Part shown: piece by piece, positions 55,567-64,000 of the stretch
Layout: every line of letters starts with the position of its first letter
Position numbering within the stretch: position 1 is the first letter of the stretch
Assembly: GCA_022750375.1 (NCBI GenBank)
Contig: JAKIVU010000002.1
Span: forward strand, 38,946 to 102,945
DNA length: 64,000 nt
Direction: 5' to 3'
From: Thermoplasmata archaeon
GTDB taxonomy: Archaea > Thermoplasmatota > Thermoplasmata > Lutacidiplasmatales > UBA184
Program-made: the position numbers and the translations under genes
The notes under the pieces: generated by a model
What the model was told of the DNA's origin: nothing
The model's input: the letters and a program-made list of their open reading frames with translations, nothing else
Databases searched by the model: none

Positions 55567-57213
55567 ATGCCCACGAACGCGGATGCCGCCGAACTGTTCC
55601 GGGGGATCGCGGATGTCTTGGACGTCCTCGGCGAACGATTCAAGCCGGAGGCGTATCGCCGGGCGGCGCGCTCCATCGAGAGCTTGACCGAGGGGCTCGC
55701 CGACGTCGCGGCCCGCGGCGACCTGCGCACGATCCCGGGGGTCGGCGACGCGATCGAGGAGAAGATCCGAGAGTACCTCGGCACCGGGCGCCTCGACTAC
55801 TACGACCGACTCCAGAAGGAGGTGCCTCCGGGAATCCTCACCCTCCTACGTATCCCCGGTCTCGGGCCGAAGACGGCCCGACGATTCTGGCTCGAGCTCG
55901 GGGTCGAAGGGCCCGCCGAGCTCGCCGACGCGATCCAACAGCATCGACTGGATGGGGTCAAGGGGTTCGGTCCCAAGAAGATCGAGCAGATCCGCGTCGC
56001 GCTCGCCGCCGCGGCAGGAGCCCCCGCCGCCGCCCGGCTCCCGATCGAGGTCGCGACCGCGATCGCGCAGCGCCTGGTCGCCGGCCTCCGCGCCGCCGGA
56101 GGTGTCGAACAGATCGAGCTCGCGGGGAGCTTCCGTCGCGGCCGGGAGACGGTCGGGGACCTCGACATCCTCGTGACGTCGGCCGACCCCGAGCGGATCT
56201 TCGACGCGTTCAGCCGCCTGCCCGATGTGGGCGAGGTGAAGCTCCGCGGCGGTACGAAGGAGACCGTCGTGCTCCGCGGTGGTCTCCAGGTCGACCTCCG
56301 CGTGGTCGAGCCGGCGGCGTTCGGCGCCGCGTGGCAATATTTCACCGGCTCGAAGGACCACAACGTGCGCCTCCGATCCCTCGCCCGCGACCGCGGATTG
56401 AAGATCAACGAGTACGGCGTCTTCCGCGGTGAGGAACGGGTCGGGGGTCGAACCGAACAGGAAGTGTACGGCACCCTCGACCTCGCCTGGATCCCTCCCG
56501 AGCTCCGGGAGGACCGGGGAGAGATCGACGCCGCCGCGAAGGGCCCACTCCCTCCGCTCGTCGAGCGGACGGACCTCGTGGGCGACCTCCATTTGCATTT
56601 GCCGCCGGGGGCCGGCGCACGAGACGTCGACCAGCTCGTCGCGACGGCGCGCGCACGAAAGCTCTCCTACCTCGGCCTCGTCGTGGCGCGTGTAGAACCC
56701 GACGCGAGCCGGTCGACGTTGTCGACGGCCGTGCTCGACCGACTCGACTCCGTGAAGTCGGCCGGCCTCACGATCGTTCGAGCGGTCGAGGCGGGAGCGG
56801 ACGGTATTCCCGCCGAATGGGCGAAGCTCCGGCACGACTACGTGATCGTACGACCCACGGCGGCACAGGCGGAGCCGCCAACCTCCGCCCGGACTCCGTT
56901 CGGGGCGGCGTTGGTCGCCCACGTCGGCGGCGAGGAGTCCGGCCGACGCTGGGTCGCCTGGGCACGGTCGCAAGGAGCGGCGGTCGAGGTTGGCCCCGGG
57001 CCCGACCGGCTCGACTCGACCGGCGCCCGCACCGCACGGGAGGCCCGGGTCCCGCTCGTGCTGCCGACCGGAGTCGACCGGCAGGAAGATGACCCGACGT
57101 GTCCCGTCGCCCTCGGATTCGCGCGTCGCGCCGGTGCCGGTCCGAGTGACGTGCGCAATACGGCGCCGGTCGCGGAAATTACGGCGGCTTGGTCGAAGAA
57201 GCGGCGGGCGTGA
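55567..57213 (+). CDS. polX: DNA polymerase X with a degenerate C-terminal PHP domain
   Basis: AYRRAA, IPGVG, IPGLGPK, AGSFRRGRETVGDLDIL, QVDLR, YFTGSKDHN, NEYG, IPPELRED. Confidence 0.9.
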   Translation: MPTNADAAELFRGIADVLDVLGERFKPEAYRRAARSIESLTEGLADVAARGDLRTIPGVGDAIEEKIREYLGTGRLDYYDRLQKEVPPGILTLLRIPGLGPKTARRFWLELGVEGPAELADAIQQHRLDGVKGFGPKKIEQIRVALAAAAGAPAAARLPIEVATAIAQRLVAGLRAAGGVEQIELAGSFRRGRETVGDLDILVTSADPERIFDAFSRLPDVGEVKLRGGTKETVVLRGGLQVDLRVVEPAAFGAAWQYFTGSKDHNVRLRSLARDRGLKINEYGVFRGEERVGGRTEQEVYGTLDLAWIPPELREDRGEIDAAAKGPLPPLVERTDLVGDLHLHLPPGAGARDVDQLVATARARKLSYLGLVVARVEPDASRSTLSTAVLDRLDSVKSAGLTIVRAVEAGADGIPAEWAKLRHDYVIVRPTAAQAEPPTSARTPFGAALVAHVGGEESGRRWVAWARSQGAAVEVGPGPDRLDSTGARTAREARVPLVLPTGVDRQEDDPTCPVALGFARRAGAGPSDVRNTAPVAEITAAWSKKRRA

Positions 57214-57538
57214 ACCCGGTACGGGGCGGGACAGCGCGTCCCCCGGAAACAGCCTCTGGCCCGTGAGGGGTCGCCACCAGACAGCTAGTACAGCGGTGGG
57301 CGGACGGTACGAGTCCATGGCGCCAGTAGCAATCGGTACACAGCGCGCGACCGCATCCCCAGCAGCGGGGAGTGGCCGACGAGGAACCGACCGGGGTCGC
57401 GCAGTTGACGCAGGCCCGAGGGGACGTGAGGGGGTCGGCACGGAGCGCGGGGGGCTCGGGAAGCCGCCGGCGGCCCCCGGCCGGGTCGGGGGAGTGCACC
57501 GGACGCTCCGGCGGGACCGGGGCCGTGCGGGGCGGCAT
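57179..57538 (-). CDS. Small Cys-rich zinc-finger protein
   Basis: CVNC...CWGCGRALCTDCYWRH...HRCTSC; start uncertain. Confidence 0.55.
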   Translation of the reverse strand: MPPRTAPVPPERPVHSPDPAGGRRRLPEPPALRADPLTSPRACVNCATPVGSSSATPRCWGCGRALCTDCYWRHGLVPSAHRCTSCLVATPHGPEAVSGGRAVPPRTGFTPAASSTKPP

Positions 57539-57601
57539 GTCCGCTAGCAAAGGCCGTCGGGGCGGGTCGCTCACCGAAAAGGGCACGCCCATACCATTCA
57601 T

Positions 57602-58018
57602 ATGACCTTGTCTCGAACGGGGGGTGTTCCACTGGACCTCCCGGGTTCATGTAGGGCCGCGGTGGAGGCGCCGGACGTGTCGGTTGCCCGGCCCTATCGC
57701 ACCCGGACGGTACGTCCGGTCGACCTCGAATCGCACCGCTCCAACGCCGCCATCCCCGTGGCGGTCGTCGTCGTCGTGATCGGGCTCTACCTCGGAACGT
57801 ACTCGGTGCTCTTGCCCGCGTTCCTCGGGTTGATGCTGCTCTTCTCGTCGGGGTCGCTGCTCTCGACGCGGCTGAACCCGTTGAGCCCGATGTTCTACCT
57901 TACGAAGAAGCCGTCGTTCCTCGCAATCGGTGTCGTGTTCCTCAGCTCCCTGATCCTCTTCTACGGCGCGTATGTCTACTGGATTCACCAGATGGGACCG
58001 ATTGTGCCGCACTTCTAG
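57602..58018 (+). CDS. Hypothetical small membrane protein
   Basis: Three hydrophobic segments; the true start may be downstream. Confidence 0.55.
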   Translation: MTLSRTGGVPLDLPGSCRAAVEAPDVSVARPYRTRTVRPVDLESHRSNAAIPVAVVVVVIGLYLGTYSVLLPAFLGLMLLFSSGSLLSTRLNPLSPMFYLTKKPSFLAIGVVFLSSLILFYGAYVYWIHQMGPIVPHF

Positions 58019-58032
58019 GGGCCGACCCGCCC

Positions 58033-59007
58033 CTACGACTCCACCCGGGCGAGCACCTTCAGCGCGGTCAGCGTGATCATCTTGCTCGGTTTCCCGCGCA
58101 CTTCGAGAGCCACGGGGGTGGGGCGGTCCTTCGGGTGTTTCCGGTACCACTCCGCGGCCCCCGCCCCTTCGACGTCCGGGTGGACCGCGTCCAGGTTCCA
58201 GCGACCGTCGGCCCGCCGCTTCTTCTTCAAGAGCCCGAGAGCGAAGCGGAGACGCGGGTCGGAGCCGTATCCCAACGCTGTCACGATGTCGAGCCCGACG
58301 AGGATGTCGTAGTAGTAGTGCACGGGGTAGTGGAACCGGTACCACGGTCGATACCGGGCGCCCTGGCGATGTAGCTCCCGTTCGAGGAAGAATTCCGCGC
58401 CTTGTTCCACCGCCGACTGCATGCTCGCGGTCCGCTTCGACCGGGGGTAGGCCGCCAACGCGCTGAGTCCCTCCCACGAGTCGAGGTTGCGTCCCGAGGC
58501 CGGCCCGTTCCCGAACGACCAGCAGGTCCAACCCCCTTTCGGGTGCGCGGTCTTGACGAGCCACTCGAGGACGCGACGGACCCGTCGGTCGTCGGTGTAC
58601 CCGAACCGGATCAGCGCGCGGGCCATGTTGCCGGCGACGCAGTGATGCGGCGAGCTCTTGGACCCGGGAAGCCACGCATATCGGGTCGCGGAGCGCTCCA
58701 TCCACCACTCGCACGAAGCGCCGACCCGGTCGTCGGCCCGGGTCATGCCGAGGTCGGAGAGCATCAACATCTTCCAGTTGGTCGAGAGATACTTCGGCTG
58801 GTAGAAGTTCCGGGAATTCACCCACCACCCCTCCGGGGACCGCTCCGCGAGGATCTCCGCCGCCCAACCGGTCTCCGGGATCCTCGTCTTCGCGGCGCGG
58901 ACCTCCGGGTCGCGCTCGGGTCGGCCGAGGAGTTCGGTCAGGGTGCGGTAGCGGATCGACGGCTGGTCCTCGGCGAGCAGCCAGTCGAGCACTTTCCGGG
59001 ACGGCAT
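58033..59007 (-). CDS. Prenyltransferase/squalene-cyclase repeat-like (alpha/alpha barrel) protein
   Basis: WLL...PSIRY.TL.ELL, YQPKY.ST.W, GGW.C, YP..Y.YDIL, DGRW, GKPSKMITL.AL.VL. Confidence 0.7.
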   Translation of the reverse strand: MPSRKVLDWLLAEDQPSIRYRTLTELLGRPERDPEVRAAKTRIPETGWAAEILAERSPEGWWVNSRNFYQPKYLSTNWKMLMLSDLGMTRADDRVGASCEWWMERSATRYAWLPGSKSSPHHCVAGNMARALIRFGYTDDRRVRRVLEWLVKTAHPKGGWTCWSFGNGPASGRNLDSWEGLSALAAYPRSKRTASMQSAVEQGAEFFLERELHRQGARYRPWYRFHYPVHYYYDILVGLDIVTALGYGSDPRLRFALGLLKKKRRADGRWNLDAVHPDVEGAGAAEWYRKHPKDRPTPVALEVRGKPSKMITLTALKVLARVES

Positions 59008-59064
59008 GGCCCCGCCCCATGGCCGGCGGTCATCAAGAACTGTCGGGGGAGGTCGCGGAACGGC

Positions 59065-59970
59065 CTACGCCGCGATCATCCGCTCGAGGGCCCGCCGCGC
59101 CCGCGCCGCGGTCGCCTCGGGCACGTCGATGACGAACTGATTCTCGGCGAGGGAGGCACGGATGTCCTCGAGGTCGATCTCCTTCATGTACGGACAGATG
59201 GTCCCCTCGTCGAGCGGGATGAATCGGGTCGTGGGATTCAGTCGCCGCATCCGGTGAAGGATGCCGACCTCGGTCGCCACGAGGACCTCGGGGGCGCGGG
59301 TCTCCTCGGCGAACCGGACCATGCCGTCGGTCGAGAGCACGCGGTCGACCAGCGGGAGCGCTTGGGTCGCGCAGCCGCATTCCGGGTGCGCGACGATCGG
59401 TGCCCCCGGGTGCTCCCGGCGGGCACGGTCCATGTCTTCCGGACGCATCTTGGCGTGGACCGGGCAGTCGCCGACCCACAGGTGCATCGCGCGTCCGGTT
59501 TTCTTGCGCACGTAGTCGCCGAGGAACATGTCGGGGAGGAATAGTATCTCCCGGTCCGCGGGGATCCCCTCGACGACCTTGACGGCGTTCGAACTCGTGC
59601 AGCAGTAGTCGGACTCCGCCTTGACCTCGGCCGACGTGTTGATGTAGGCGACGACGGCCGCGCCGGGGTGCTGCGCCTTCCATTCGCGCAGCTGTTCCGC
59701 CGTGATCGAATCGGCGAGCCCACAGCCCGCCTTCAGGTCGGGGAGGAGCACGGTTCGCGAGGGGTTCAGGATCTTCGCGGTCTCCGCCATGAACCGGACG
59801 CCCGCGAACACGATCACGGGCCGGTCGGCCTCCATCGCCTTCCGGGAGAGATACAGCGAATCGCCGACGAAGTCGGCCGCGTCCTGCACCTCGGGGCGCT
59901 GGTAGTTGTGCGCCAGGAGAACGGCGTTCCGTTCCTCCTTCAAACGAGCGACCTCGGCTTCCAGCGACAT
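59065..59970 (-). CDS. nadA: Quinolinate synthase
   Basis: LAHNYQ, GDSL, GV.FMAETAK, Fe-S cysteines in AGC.LAD, CPVH and CPYMK; AHPEC. Confidence 0.95.
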   Translation of the reverse strand: MSLEAEVARLKEERNAVLLAHNYQRPEVQDAADFVGDSLYLSRKAMEADRPVIVFAGVRFMAETAKILNPSRTVLLPDLKAGCGLADSITAEQLREWKAQHPGAAVVAYINTSAEVKAESDYCCTSSNAVKVVEGIPADREILFLPDMFLGDYVRKKTGRAMHLWVGDCPVHAKMRPEDMDRARREHPGAPIVAHPECGCATQALPLVDRVLSTDGMVRFAEETRAPEVLVATEVGILHRMRRLNPTTRFIPLDEGTICPYMKEIDLEDIRASLAENQFVIDVPEATAARARRALERMIAA

Positions 59971-59986
59971 CGGCGACCCCGACGTT

Positions 59987-60883
59987 CTAGGTTCGCCGAG
60001 GGCTTAAGCGGGCGGGCCGGAGCTCGAGGTGGTACGGGAGCGCCGGGGCCGAATGGGTCAGCGAACCGAGGCTCGCGGCATCGGCTCCGACGCGACGATA
60101 GGCACCGATCGTGGTCGCGGTGATGCCTCCGGAGAGCTCGATCCAGCGTCCGCGCCGCAGGTGCGCCCGTTCCAGGGCCCGGACGATCGCGAGGGCGCGG
60201 GTAGGGGTCGCGTTGTCGATGAGCAGCGTCTCCGCGCCGGCCCGCGCCGCGCGGAGGGCCTGAGCGACCGACCGAACCTCGACCTCGACCCGCTCCCCGG
60301 GGCGTGCGGCGGCGCGCGCACGTCGCACCGCGTCCTCGAGGGGGACGAGCGCGAGATGATTGTTCTTGACGAGGAGCGCCTCCGACAGGTCGCGACGATG
60401 CGGCCGGCCGCCGCCGTGCACGACCGCGGCTTTCTCGAGGTCGCGGAGGCCCGGCAGGGTCTTCCGCGTCGCCCAGACCTCGAGCGGTCGCGGGCTCCCC
60501 CGAGCCGCACGGACCGCCCGGGCCGTGGCGCTCGCCACCCCGCTCGCGTGCATCATCACGTTCAGGAGCGTTCGCTCGATCCCGAGGATCCGTCGTGCGT
60601 CGCCCCGAAGCCGCAGCACGACCTCCCCGGGGCGGACCGGGGCTCCGTCCTTCCGTGCCACAACGATACGGAGGCCCGCTGCCCGAGCGATCGCGCGCGC
60701 CCAGACGATCCCGGAAACGACCCCGCTCCCCTGGGCGACGACGCGGCCTTCCGCGGAGAGTGCCTTCGGGAGCAGTGCCCGCGTCGTCCGGTCGTGGTCG
60801 ACCCGGTCCTCGGCGAGGGCCCGCCGCGCGACGTCGTTCGCCGACCGGGCCACGTCCCGCGCCCCGCTAGCGCGACGGCGCAT
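59987..60883 (-). CDS. nadC: Nicotinate-nucleotide pyrophosphorylase (quinolinate phosphoribosyltransferase)
   Basis: ALAED, ERTLLN, TRKTLPGLR..EK.AV..GGG..HR, EVEV, IDN, SGGI, GSLTHSA. Confidence 0.92.
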   Translation of the reverse strand: MRRRASGARDVARSANDVARRALAEDRVDHDRTTRALLPKALSAEGRVVAQGSGVVSGIVWARAIARAAGLRIVVARKDGAPVRPGEVVLRLRGDARRILGIERTLLNVMMHASGVASATARAVRAARGSPRPLEVWATRKTLPGLRDLEKAAVVHGGGRPHRRDLSEALLVKNNHLALVPLEDAVRRARAAARPGERVEVEVRSVAQALRAARAGAETLLIDNATPTRALAIVRALERAHLRRGRWIELSGGITATTIGAYRRVGADAASLGSLTHSAPALPYHLELRPARLSPRRT

Positions 60884-63287
60884 CGTGGGACGACTCCTTC
60901 GCGGCGAGCGCGCTCTTCAGTCGCTCGAAATCGACCGCGATATCGGGCCGGAGCGTCGGGAGGTGCTGCCGCTCCAGCTCGGCGACGCGCCGCCGAGCAC
61001 TCGAGCGGTCCCCGCGCGCGTACGAAAGTTGGGCGAGCCGCAGCACCACGTCGACCTCGTCGGCGGGGGCCTTCAGCTCACGGACGATCCGGTAGGCGTC
61101 GAGCAGGTCGGCCTCGGCGCGGTCGTACTCGCCGCGGTCGAGTCCGATCTTCCCCTGGATGATCAACGATTGCACGAGCCCGAAGCGGTCACCGATCCGT
61201 TCGAGGATCTCGCGCGACCGCTGGTTCCGCGCGGTCGCCTCGTCGAGACGGCCCGCCATGCGGAGGATGTCGGCGATGTTGAACAGCGACCACCCGAGCC
61301 GGCGGACGTCGTGCGCTTTCTCTGCAAGACGGATCGCCTCCTCGAACTCGGCGAGCGCCTCGGTGTATCGGGGCTTCGCTCCCCCGTAGCCGGCGATCAG
61401 CACGCCGAGGAACAGGTGGGCATGGGCGGCCTCCCGTGCGTCGCCGAGGCTCTCCAGCGTGCGCGCGGCCTCCCGCGCCTCGGTGAACGCCCCGTCCGAG
61501 CGGCCCATCATCGCGAGCACGTTCGCCCGCCAGATCCGAGCGGAGGCGGTCGTGCGTTCGTCCTTCAGCTCCTGGGCCAGGCGCAGGAGCTCGTCGTCCT
61601 CGGCGAGCGCCTCCTCGTACCGGCCCATGTAGTAGAGCGCCTCGCCGAGCAGGCGGCGGCCGTTCATCTGGGTCCGGGGCTGACCCGCGAGGTCGACGGA
61701 GTCGAGCACGGTCCGGCTCGTCTTCTCCGCCTCCCGCCACTCACCCTGGTCGGTCAGGATCCGGGCGAGGTAGAGGTCGAGGAGCGCGAGCACGTGCGGC
61801 GAGAGCCGGCGGCGGAGCCCGCGGCGCGCGCGGTGCTCGCGCAGCAACGTCTCGGCCTGCTTTAACTCCCCTTGATGGTCGATCTGTCGCGCGAGCTCGA
61901 TGACGATCTCCGTCTCCCCGTCCCAGTCGTCCGAGCGGAGGCGGCGGTGGCTCTCGAGCGCGCGTTCGAGGTGCTCGCGGGCGACCTCGGGGGAGAACGA
62001 CCGGACCGCGACATCGGCGGCCTCCCGGTTGTACTGGATCGATTTCTCGTCGACCTTGCCGAGGTAGAAGTGGCGGGCGAGCGCGTAGATCGTCGTCAGG
62101 TCCGAGCTGCCGCCGGCCTCGAGGGCCTCGGCGGCGTGACGGTGGAGCAGCCGACGCCGGCTCTCGGTGAGATGGTCGTAGACCTCCGTCCGGACGCGAT
62201 CGTCCGGGAACGCGAGCAGTTCGCCGGGCCGCTCGAACAGGAGCCCGCGTCCGACCAGGCGGTCGAGCGCCTCGGTCAGCCGTTCCTCCTCCTCCCCGCT
62301 CGCGCGCAGGAGCAACGAGAACGGGAACTCGGAGCCGAGGACCGCCGCGACCGCGACGACCCGTTGCTCCTCGGGGTCGAGCGAGGGGAGCGCCTGGACC
62401 CCGTCGCGCGACGACGGTCCCGACCGTCCGGCGGCGAGCGCGTCCCCCGACCCGAGCAGCCGCCGTTCGAACTGTTCGAGCAGGAGCGGGTTCCCTCCCG
62501 TCTCCGAATGCCGTCGGGCGATCTCCTCCGACGAGAACACGCGGCCCGGGTCGCGTCGGTGTAGGAACTCTGCGACCTCGTTCGAGGTGAGCGGGCGGAG
62601 GAGGATCCGACCGGCATGGGTCGACGCTTCGAGACCCTCCAGGCGGGCACGACGCGCCTCGGTCAGCCCCGGGTAGGGCCGTACCGTGGCGAGGATCCAG
62701 AGCGGCCGGTTCTGCAGCTGACGGGCGAGCTGCTCGATCGCTTCGAGCGACGGTTCGTCCGCCCGGTGGAGGTCTTCGAGCACCAGCACGGTGGGGCCCC
62801 GTTGCGTGAACGCGAGGAACTGCTCCGCGATGCCGGTCCACAACGGGTCGCGGATCGCATCGCCGCGGTCGTCCGCTTCCCCCAGCGCTTCGAGGAGCCG
62901 CTCTTCGATGCGGACCGGCGACGAACGCGCGGCGTCGTCCATGCGAGGGGCGAACCCGATCAGGAATCCTTCCGGACCCGGCGCGCCGGGCACGACGGGG
63001 TCTCCTTGATCCCCCGACGACCGGCCGCTCTCGAGCGCCGACCGGATGAGCGCGAACGGTGGGGGGGCGTCCAACGGCGGGGCGCGGCCTTCGAGGACGC
63101 GGATCCCCCGCGAACGGATGTCCCCGACGAGCCCGTCCACGAGGATCGACTTCCCGACTCCCGTGTCCCCCACGAGGAAGGTGACGCCCCCGTGTCCCGC
63201 CCGTGCGTCCTCGAACCGGCGGTGGAGCGCCTCTACGGCCTCCACGCGTCCGACGAACGGTCGGCCGTTCCCGGCTTCGGCCGCCAT
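60867..63287 (-). CDS. STAND-like AAA ATPase with C-terminal TPR repeats
   Basis: FVGR, GDTGVGKS, LVLEDLH.AD, TGGNPL, followed by a TPR array; no DNA-binding or enzymatic effector domain seen. Confidence 0.85.
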   Translation of the reverse strand: MAAEAGNGRPFVGRVEAVEALHRRFEDARAGHGGVTFLVGDTGVGKSILVDGLVGDIRSRGIRVLEGRAPPLDAPPPFALIRSALESGRSSGDQGDPVVPGAPGPEGFLIGFAPRMDDAARSSPVRIEERLLEALGEADDRGDAIRDPLWTGIAEQFLAFTQRGPTVLVLEDLHRADEPSLEAIEQLARQLQNRPLWILATVRPYPGLTEARRARLEGLEASTHAGRILLRPLTSNEVAEFLHRRDPGRVFSSEEIARRHSETGGNPLLLEQFERRLLGSGDALAAGRSGPSSRDGVQALPSLDPEEQRVVAVAAVLGSEFPFSLLLRASGEEEERLTEALDRLVGRGLLFERPGELLAFPDDRVRTEVYDHLTESRRRLLHRHAAEALEAGGSSDLTTIYALARHFYLGKVDEKSIQYNREAADVAVRSFSPEVAREHLERALESHRRLRSDDWDGETEIVIELARQIDHQGELKQAETLLREHRARRGLRRRLSPHVLALLDLYLARILTDQGEWREAEKTSRTVLDSVDLAGQPRTQMNGRRLLGEALYYMGRYEEALAEDDELLRLAQELKDERTTASARIWRANVLAMMGRSDGAFTEAREAARTLESLGDAREAAHAHLFLGVLIAGYGGAKPRYTEALAEFEEAIRLAEKAHDVRRLGWSLFNIADILRMAGRLDEATARNQRSREILERIGDRFGLVQSLIIQGKIGLDRGEYDRAEADLLDAYRIVRELKAPADEVDVVLRLAQLSYARGDRSSARRRVAELERQHLPTLRPDIAVDFERLKSALAAKESSHDAPSR

Positions 63288-63318
63288 GTGGTTGGTTCGT
63301 ATGGGGCGGGTGGGCTAT

Positions 63319-64000
63319 TTACACTCGCGGCCGAGAGGCTTTGACGAACGGAAGGGCGACCACGCGCGCCGGAACCTCCTGGCCCCGGATCTCGAGCGAC
63401 ACGACCGTGTCGGGACGCGCGGTCTCGCGGGGAAGGTAGGCGAGGGCGATCCCGTGACCGAGGATCGGGGAGAGTCCTCCGCTCGTGACTTCCGTGATCG
63501 TTTTCCCGTCCACGCGGACCGGTGTCCCGTGTCGGGGGATCGCTCCTTCGGTCGTGAGCACGATCCCGACGAGTCGGACGGGCGGGCCCTCCGCGACCTC
63601 CTTCTCGAGCGGCGGCCGACCCACGAACGGATGGTCGAACGACACGAACCGGTCCTGCCCGGCCTCGATCGGCGTCCGGTCCCGGTGGAAGTCCTGGCCC
63701 GACAGCAGGTACCCCTTCTCGAGCCGTAGCGTGTCCCGCGCACCGAGTCCGACCGGCACCGCGCCGGCCCCCACGAGGCGCTCGGCGAGCGCGTCGGCGA
63801 CCTCCGCGCGGACGAGGAGTTCGTAGCCGAGCTCTCCGGTGTATCCCGTTCGGCTCACGAGCGTCGCCCCGTCAAGACCGGCGGGGATCGAGACGCCGAC
63901 ATGACCCGAGCGTTCGGCTCCCGCCCCGTCGAGCGGGAAGCGGCGGGCGTGGTAGAACGGCATCGCAGCGAGGTCCCAACCGAAGGTGCTTTCGAGGAGG
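63319..64000 (-). CDS. gcvT: Glycine cleavage system aminomethyltransferase T, C-terminal part (start outside the window)
   Basis: SRTGYTGELGYE, GLGARDTLRLEKG, VTSGG.SP.L...IALAY. Confidence 0.9.
   Translation of the reverse strand, partial: LLESTFGWDLAAMPFYHARRFPLDGAGAERSGHVGVSIPAGLDGATLVSRTGYTGELGYELLVRAEVADALAERLVGAGAVPVGLGARDTLRLEKGYLLSGQDFHRDRTPIEAGQDRFVSFDHPFVGRPPLEKEVAEGPPVRLVGIVLTTEGAIPRHGTPVRVDGKTITEVTSGGLSPILGHGIALAYLPRETARPDTVVSLEIRGQEVPARVVALPFVKASRPRV

Noticed and set aside
1..64000. CRISPR arrays, rRNA/tRNA genes, transposases, integrases, proviral genes, and recoded (Sec/Pyl) stops
   Set aside because: None recognised. Intergenic gaps are short and the identified genes end at positions consistent with full-length proteins.

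Overview
A very GC-rich, gene-dense archaeal chromosomal segment, most likely from a Thermoplasmata lineage. This placement is an inference from archaeal uS15, eL37, Lsm and TrpRS, TATA-type promoters, DNA gyrase and a Thermoplasma-like A/V-type ATP synthase. It is mostly housekeeping: ppx/CHAD, carAB, ssb, trpS, rps15-DHH nuclease-gyrA, folP, lsm-rpl37e, ATP synthase, rnz, hutI, class II ribonucleotide reductase (nrdJ), MarR/MFS, nadCA and gcvT. DNA-maintenance genes are abundant: an orphan methyltransferase, MPG glycosylase, a PolB2/RadA-like cassette with DUF72, PolX, a TIGR02757-like protein and a CC1-like chromatin protein. I found no rRNA, tRNA, CRISPR array, transposase or integrase. 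The strongest new observations are: (1) a ~190-nt multi-stem 5' leader that sequesters the ribosome-binding site of nrdJ (candidate riboswitch); (2) a 41-aa membrane microprotein gene, absent from the ORF track, between atpD and atpH of an ATP synthase cluster split into two convergent units; (3) the PolB2 mutagenesis-like cassette with DUF72; (4) a glutaredoxin-fold/RAM-domain fusion. All family assignments come from motif recognition by eye, not database searches.
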